From the NCBI GenBank assembly GCA_013265495.1, contig MU062841.1:8643786-8707785 (forward strand): a stretch of DNA of 64,000 nucleotides, given 5' to 3'. The notes below the pieces were generated by a model. It worked only from the letters and a program-made list of their open reading frames with translations. It searched no databases and was not told the origin of the DNA. The first letter of the stretch is position 1, and each line of letters begins with the position of its first letter. Positions 50,201 through 59,200 of this stretch are shown one piece after another. The position numbers and the translations under genes were made by a program. Source of the stretch: Vicugna vicugna. Taxonomy: Eukaryota.

Positions 50201-53200
50201 TGGAAATCAATTACCTAATAGTGAGAAAAAAGATCAACCTTTCAGCAACTCTTTTAATTTTACTTTAGTCTTTTATCCTAATATACGTCATCAAATTGCA
50301 TTAAAATTTTACTTTAAAGTTGCACATGTACATGTGATTATGACTATCAAATATCAATGGTATACCCACAATTATTATCAAATATTAGTGTTATTTTATG
50401 TATAGCAGTTTGGGTGGTTTTTTAAAAAAACTTTCCTTTTATACTTTGCTGCTTCTTGAAATTCTGATCATGGGTATGCATTACTTTTTAATTTTAATTT
50501 TTAACTGAACTGCATATGACATATATTCGTTTCAGGTGTAGAACATGGTGACTTAGTGTCTTTATACATTACGAAAGGATCACCACAGTAAGTCTAGTTA
50601 CCATTGGTCACCATACAAAGTTAATACTACATTTTGTTGATATTATGTTGTTTTTAAAAAAGCAAAGTCATCTTGTTGTATAAATAAATAGCTAAAGAAT
50701 AAACGTTAATCACAAGGCCAAAAAAATCCCATGAGAATAAATTACTAGAAATTANNNNNNNNNNNNNNNNNNNNNNNNNNNNNNNNNNNNNNNNNNNNNN
50801 NNNNNNNNNNNNNNNNNNNNNNNNNNNNNNNNNNNNNNNNNNNNNNNNNNNNNNNNNNNNNNNNNNNNNNNNNNNNNNNNNNNNNNNNNGGAGGAGTGGG
50901 GAGAAGAGAGGGAAACCTTCCATAACCTAAAAGATGTTCAGGCCTAGGAAATGCTTACGGGCACACCCATACACAAAACACCTCCTTGTTTCGCCATGGG
51001 AGGCCTCACTGTTGCTGGGAGCATGTGTCTGCTCTCGCCCCGTTTGACTGTTGCACAATTCTCATTGCAGTGTTCTGTCAGCTGTGGTGTTGGAACCCAG
51101 CGAAGAAAGCAGGTGTGTCAAAGGCTGACAGCCAAAGGCCGGCGCGTCCCCCTCAGTGAGGCGGTGTGCAGGCATCTCTCTGGGCCGCCTCTCGTGAGAT
51201 CTTGCCAGATGCCTGTGTGCAGGAGTAAGTATGGAAAGTCTGTGTGCCACCGGATCTGCTGATTCTGTTCATCTCTCCCAATGGCTTCATCTTCCCTAGA
51301 GCGACATATTTCTAATCTGTAGGTAAAGCAAATCATGCAGAACTCAGGACTGTTACAAGTGGCAACCAATATAACTTTGAAGACCAAGATATAGCTCTAA
51401 GAAAAATCAGTTTTAAGACACATCCACCTGCTTAACAAATGCATCTTTTAGGTTTCCTCACTTGAATTTATATTTCTTATATCCTCCCCTCCACTCTGAT
51501 TTCTTCTACTTAGAATTCATGAGTGTTCCTTGTAGAAGTGAAGCTGAAATACTTTTCTGGCTGACTTTGTGAATGATATACTGTGATTCATTCTATTAAA
51601 GGTAGATGAGCTAATTATTTTTAAGTACAAATATCTCTTCGTTTGTGTAATCTAAAACTAGCACGGATGAAAACATGAAGTAGCTTTGTTGTTGTTTTTT
51701 TTTTAAATGGCAGTTTAGAGACTTCTTCCATTTATTCTAAATAATAAGCTTTGTATAAAGAGTTAATATTATAGCTTCATTATATCCAAAAGCTAATATG
51801 CAGGTAGTGTTTGTCTCTATCTTCGGCGTGCATGAGATCCTGAATGCACATGTGCATGGCCGTGTTTCATGTAGAAAGCTGACAAAAAATGAGTTGAGGC
51901 CTTCCCCTGCAGCAGTTGAAAATAAAGCAGCAGAGCGATGGTGGGAGGTGGGGGAGGGGGTGAGGAACAGGCACCCTGGGAACACATGGCTTCTGGGTCC
52001 GTCTACTGCTTTTGTTTCTCACTGTCTTTAATTATCCACCTGAAAAAAGAATACCAATTACCTAAGTAACTACCTCCTGAGCTTACGGTAAGAAAAAAAA
52101 TCAAAAGTAACTATTATTTTAATGCTTCTTAGGAAGAAAAATATATATAAATACGTATACATATATATATTCTCCTAAGTTTACCAACAACTTTCCTGGA
52201 GAAACTCACAAAGGAAAGTAAGAAAAACAATCATAGCTTGTTAAAAAAAAGTAATAGCATTTATAGCATTTATTGACCACTTATTCCGTGGAGTTCCTTG
52301 CAGGCATTATTGCATTATCTTATTTAGTTCCCAGCAATGTTGTGAGACAGGTATTATCCTCATTTAGAGAAGAACAATCCAAGACTTTGAGAAGGTATGA
52401 GACTTGACCAAGGATCCGTAGCTGCCAGTTGGACCTCTCGGCCTGTTTGACCACAAGTCTGTCTGAGTCCTGAGCCCACGCTCTTAGTCACCTCTCTATG
52501 GTGATTCATGGATAACATTCACTTTTTTTTCCCTGGGAATTCTTTGAGAACAAATTTTCAAAATCTTGAGATTCCAAAAATTTGAGATCCCAAGTTGTAT
52601 GGTGTCCTGGAATCCGAGAATGTCCGTGGCATGTGGCGCAGTGTCATGCTTTAAGCTGTTTATCTATCTGATTTCTATTAATTGTGGATGGTTGCAGAGC
52701 CATGTGGCTACACCGTAAATTGCCTTAGAGGAGAGTGAAATTAAATTTTGGCAGCTCTCTCTAAAGTAATAACGGAATAACATGTGGGAATACATCGTGG
52801 TTATTAGGGCATGTGATGTGGTACAAGATGAAATTATAAATTATTATAGCATGCAGTAGAAAGTAGAAATGATAAGTTTTAGGGAGAAAAAAACAGGAAA
52901 TAAGGCAGTAATATTTCTTCTTGACCCCACCCTACTCCCTAGCTTGCCAACACGTGGGTCATGGAAGCAAACAAGAGTCAAGAATGCATGCTCCCAGCCC
53001 AGCCAAGTCACCCTGAGCTGTAGCCTGGCCTCACGCCATCACTTTGGATCAGTGACCCTTGTTTGCAGAAATTTGGCTTCTCCCTCTGCACTCTCCTATG
53101 GCATCCTCTTCTCCCACCACCGTATCGGAGTCTACGGATGAGCCCAGCCCTCATCCATCCTCCTTTCCCCTGCTGTCTCCGCACCCATTTCCCTCTGTCA

Positions 53201-56200
53201 TCACACACTCAGCATGAATGCTGCCCTCATCCTACTTTCAAATGCATCCTGTGCAGACCTGCAGGACACTTGCTCCCTTTTTCCAGGATGTATCACCACC
53301 AGGTCCATTCTTTCCCTCCAACATTTGCCAGCATCCAGGACAACCGGCATCCATGCTGATGACTTTCTTATACCCTGATGCCCCAATTTCCCAACATGGT
53401 CACTCTCACTGACCGCCGTCACCTTGGCGTGGTGCCACCCTACACCTTCTCACTTCTTGGCACTCAGATACTTCCCTGCTCTTCCACTTTCCCCCACCTC
53501 ACCCCTGCTGATTTAGTTAATGCCTCCCTGTGACCTCTGGTTCTTCCTTCCCTGTTGTCCACAAACTTTCTGCTCTTGTACTAGAAACCATTCCTCTTAG
53601 TTTAACCGATTTCCTTGTCACTTAACCAATTCTATAGTCAGACTCAAATGCCTTTCCTTAACCCACCTGCCTCAATCACCCTGTTTATTTTCAACCCTGG
53701 TAGGTTACCTTTCAGGCAATTTTTGTTTGCTTGCTTTCTGGTTCTCTGGCCTGAGCTACTGGAATTTACTAAAGGAAATAATATAGCCATACTGATTAAC
53801 ATACTTCATATTTATGTCATCTGATCTACCTGGGAACTAATGTGTGGGGTCTTTTCCCCCTGTTTCCTAAGAATTGCCTAGAAATCCGCCATCACAGCTA
53901 TTTCCTAACCGGCGCACTGACCCCAAGTTCCCATTTCTCTACCAATGAACTCGTCTTTTATTCCAGCAGGAATGTCCAGGCTCTGTGGCTCAATGACCTT
54001 CTGACTGTCCTCTCCTTGACCTCACATCTGCCCGCTCTGCTCACCAGACTGGAAATGTATGATCTTCTTCATAGTTCTGACTCCTCAGTCATGGAAGGGG
54101 TCAGAAGACAGTAAAAATCAAGCCTGACTGTGCTGTGATCTTTATTCCCTTTCGAGGCTCCACTTCTAGAAATGTATCCTAATCAGTGTCTTGAGTTTAA
54201 GTAAAACCTTTCCTCTTTGGAGCAGTGAATTTTCTTGCTCTCTGTTTTGACCCTTTTAATGTGCAACAGGGTGGAGGGCAGCGGGGGAAGATATCTTGAG
54301 CTCCCCCTAGAGGCCAGTGGTGCACCATGCAGTCCAGTTATACCCCCAACTGCTGCTTCCCGGACCTTCCCTGCATTCTCCCACCACTGGCTTTTTACCC
54401 TTGTTTGAATTCTTCACTCCACCATATCTAGCGGCAGACGTTCTTTCCATTCTTGAAGGACCAGTACAAACCATACCTTCCCCAGTAATCTTTCTCAGTT
54501 GCACTTAATCTCTGAAAGGTAATATGACATTGTGGTTAAGCCAGTTCACCTGAGTTCAAATCTCATTTCTTCCAGTATCTCATCGTGTGACATTGGGCAG
54601 GTGTTCAATCTCTGTGAGTCTCAATTTTTTCATCTATAAGATGGGAGGAGCAATTGTACCTACCTAATAGAATTGTTCTGAGAATTAATGCCTAGAAAGT
54701 ACTTAGAAATAGTGCCAGGCACATACTTTAGCCTCAACAATATTAGTTATTTTTAATGTCATTACCTCCTTCCTCTAATTCTTATTGTAGCTTTAAAAGA
54801 GGATAAAATGCGACAGACTAACGTGTGTTGTGTCTTTTGGCCCATTAGGGTATGAGCTTATATGGAGTAGGAACACAGTAGCTCTGGACATTTTTTCCGT
54901 TTGGGCCCCCAGTGTGCTTTCATAATGAGTTTTACCCAGAGGCCTACTTTTCAAACATGGCAGACTTGGCTCCTCCTCAAATTGCTATTAAAAGTCTACC
55001 TGTCTTGGTTTCCAATCAGGCATCTGAAGAAAAGAAAGGATAACAGGAATGTAGTGTTTGATTTTAGATTTTTTTAAAATTATGGCTCCTGGTTTTAAGG
55101 GTCCCCAAGTGTAGGGAAAGAATTCTTATTTTTCACCCAAGGACTGACATCAGAATGGCTGAGGGAGGAGAGGCACCCAGGCAAGACCTATATGATTGAT
55201 CCCCTCCCCGGGGTTATCTCGAACCTACTCCCTTCTTTCCAACTCTGTCTCCCTCCTTGTTCCAGCCAAGGGTCTGCTTCTGCAGCTCTCCCAGGTCCTG
55301 GTCACACCTTGGACTTTACAACAGCATTCAGCCTTCCTGGCTTCCACTCTTCCTGTAAGCTTTCTCAGCTCCTAGTAATACCCACCCCCCACCCCACCTG
55401 ACGTATCTACAGCCCTTGGAAGCCCAGCCAAGCGCAGAGCTATCTGGCCAGCACCCTTCTTGGGCTTGTATCACCTCCCGCAGCATCCAGCAACATACAT
55501 GTTACTTTTCCTCTTGCTCAGTCATTCTTTCAGTTAGTCATTCTATAAACAGTAAGTGTTTACTATGTACCAGGCCCTATGCTGTGCCCTAAGGACAGGG
55601 ATCATCTTTCTGCCCTGGCGTATATTGTTTTCAGTGTCAGATGATAGCATTTCTTTATTAATTCTTTCCAGCAATCATTCAAGTGCTACTGTGATTTAGA
55701 TGTTATGATGCAAAATGAAAAATATTCATTTCCTTGTCTCTAAGAACTCATAGTCCAGCAGGAGAGACACATATGTAAATAAATAAGAAGAGTAAAGTGC
55801 CAAGGATGTCCTAATAGAATGCAGAAGCGCGCGATGCCCCTGGGGGAGGTCAGGAAAAGTTTCGTAAAGGAGGAACCTTTGAGCAGAGTTCTGAAAGATA
55901 AGTGTCCATTCGTCAGACCCACATGGGATACAGGAGAACCTGGGAAAAGAGAGCAGTGTAGACAGAGGTGGGTGGTGTGTTTGGGAAAATTGCAAGCAGT
56001 TCCACAGGATTAGAGCAGAAGTTGAAGATGGGTTATGATGAAGGAGAAAGCTTGAGAGGTTAGCTGTAGAGGATCTTGAACTCCATACTAAGGAGTTTAG
56101 ATTTTATCCAAGAAGGAAGTGACATGGTCAGATTTTATTCTGGTTTATTTACTCGGACAACTATATAGATATACTGGAAGACTATGAGAGTGCAGGCAGG

Positions 56201-59200
56201 GGGTCTCGTTAAGGGAATATGGCAATATCTAGGGGAGAGAGTGTGAGGATGGAGGCAGTCAGGATGAATTCTAACAGTGTTTCAGATGTCCCTTCTAAGT
56301 ACCTGATGTCGGGCTAGAGTTGGGAGCTAAAGGGACAATGGTGTGCTTGCAAATACTTAACAACCAGCTCTGGGGCAAGAGGGTGGGGAGGAGGGGGAGG
56401 CTGCTGGCATTTGTTACCTTTGCTGATTTCTGTGGTGTAAACAATCCCATCACGGCTCGCTTCCGGGTACCAATGTGACATCATTGAATGCAGAGTAGGA
56501 AATGAATACTAACCCAATCTGTGAGTCAGTGAGCAGTAGGGCCAGCATACCACTGGACAGGGAGGAATCAAGGTGACTGGTTTCTGCCTTGAGGAAATTG
56601 GTAGAAGATGAAACCATTAACTTAGGGTATATCGGAGGAGGAGAATCATTGGGATGAGATGGGGAGGCAGAGATAATGTGTTCAGATGGAAGTATTTTAA
56701 AACTGAAGTACCAGGGAGAGAGTTCTAGTAAGCAGTGAACAGTTAGGTCTGGAGCTCCCGAGAGGAGACAGACCAACTTGGGAGGCATCAACCTAACTTT
56801 GTTAGTTACAACTCCAGGTTCATCCAGGGAAAAGCTTTCAGCAAGAAGAGAAACAGAGGAAGTGGCCACGCACAGACCCCTGAGGCATAGCCACAGCCAG
56901 CAGCACGCTGGCAATGAACAGTGGTTGGAAACCAGAAGAAGCGTTAAAACAAAAAAAAGTGGGGAGGAGAGATTTCTCCATGAACTGGGTGATTGAGGAT
57001 GCCAGATGTCCTAGAAGGGTCACGTAAGAATACCGAAGAGGGGCATTGTGTTTGTCACTAGGGGACTGTTGGTGGCCTTTCCCTGAGAGCTTTTAGCAGG
57101 ATGCTGTGAGCAGAAGCTAGACGACCCTTGGCTGAAAAGTGCCTGATAACCAAGGGTGGAGGCCATTCTTTCAGGTTGGTGAGACGTTTACCGTACGGTC
57201 TTCCACGGGGCTTCGGGGGGCTTCACAGCTCGTTATCGAGTCCACCCGCAGCATCCCTCGCAGCCGCCTCTCAGCTAGCTGTGCTGCTGCCCTCAGAGAA
57301 GCCTCAAGAGAACCCGAACAAAGCTGCCCAGGTTCTCGATAGAGCTCCCAGGGGTCTTCCATGCTGGTGGAAGGAGCGGGACTCAGCGCCGGCCAAGCCC
57401 CCTCTTGCAGGGCTGGACTCTGAGGGGCCAGGGTTCCAGCAGGGTCATGGAAAGCCCTAGAGGCTGATTTGCAGCCAGGGCCCATTCGGGAGTGGCAGGA
57501 GTCAAACGCTGGCGAGACCAAGTGCAAACATCCAGCGCAGATGGCTCGGGGCAGAAACCTGGCTTGGCACCAAGACTGAGAGTCATGGCCAGGGTATGCC
57601 TGGACTTAAGGCAGGACACAAGCAAGCGAAGAACAGAGGAAATTGCTGTAAACAGCCCCAGGCACCGGAGCTGACCTCGGCTGGGTAGGGCAGGCTGGCC
57701 CAGAGGCCAGAAGGAGACTTGATAACATGACAACCATCTTGAAAACAGCAACCTGGTCGATGACACAGTTCAGTGTTCATTGGATAGGAAGCAGACTCAT
57801 CACTCAGAGGAAAGTATAAGGATTCCTGACGGTAAGACCACGAAGAGATCCTCCCGCGTCCTCGTTACTGAGGACACCTCAGGTTGCAAAGACTTCGGCA
57901 GGATTCGCACAGGAAACACAGATGCCGTTCCTTACTTTCCCTGCCCTCTTTCCTGGTAGCATCCCATCAGACTGCCTTTGAGTTAAGACGATGAGATGCC
58001 CTGGGGCTCCGTCTTTGCTGTGCCTTTCAGTCGCCTGGAGAGATTTTAAATTCTGATAACCAGGCTGTTCCCCATAAGACAGAATTTCTGGAGGTGGGAT
58101 CCAGGACATTGAGATTTTAATAATCATAATGATGATGCTGATGATGCTGATGATGCTGATGATGATAATGGCAGCAACGTTTGAGAGCCGCTCAACGGTC
58201 AGAGTTGATACTGAAACTCTACATAACCAGTTTGTCTATACTGGTTGTTAAAGTATGGAAATACTTCCCAAAGGGTTAGTAAATAGCCTCTGTCGGAACC
58301 CCATGACTGTCTCCCAGCTGCTTGGACCCTTCTGCCAGGAGCCGTCTGACCTCCCCATCATCTAACAATGTTGGGAGAGGGAGCACCAGTGTTAGAAGCT
58401 CCTGGTCCAGTGCTCCAGTGGATATCTGTCTGTTCTGGCTGACTGTGCCCCTGCTGTACAGATTTAGTATTTGGGGCAGCATCTCTGCCTATAATAATGG
58501 ATGAACTGTCGATTTAGCAGGAATCCTCTTCCTGCTTGTGATCACTGTTGAATAGCAGTAAGTTCAAAATTCTGTGCTGCCAACCAAAAGATAATCTATG
58601 TGCCGTGACTGGCGGAGGTGAGCTTGACCTCCTCTGCAGAGAATCTAGATCCCAACAGGGAGACGTGTATCCATGTCTGGTCATCCAGCTCCACTTGGAG
58701 ATGAGCTGAGGGGAGCATCCACGGGCAGAACCCTAAACAAGGGGCCTGGCCTGCTAACTGCGTTGGTGTGGAATTTGCTTACAAACTCATACGCATGTCC
58801 CTCACCTAGAACATCGTCTACCATAGAAATTATGCATCCACCCCCATTATTTTCCTGAACCTGCTGGCACCATGACACCCCAGCAGGCAGCCAGATCCTA
58901 AAGGAATCACAAACCACCCAAGAGGAGTCCAGGAGTTGTCCTGGCAAACCAGGGTACCAGTAAACACACTGGAGCTAGTGCCTAGGGCCTGAGAAGTCCA
59001 TCTAAGTGGAGTCTTAATCTGGTTCTTCTCCCAACATATCCCTGTCAGTGCTGCAACCAGGAGGGGTCATAACTGGGATCCTCCAAGGTGCTGAGGCCCC
59101 TCATCTCATGACCTGAATTCCACAATGCCTTCGTGGGAGTCCAGTCTCTCTTCTATCACTCCCTGGTGGCTCCAGGCCCTCCAGCCCATCTGCCACCATC

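Noticed and set aside
56372-56397. G-quadruplex consensus (G4-N5-G3-N1-G4-N4-G5)
   Set aside because: The motif is real but common, sits among L2 remnants, and has no supporting context.
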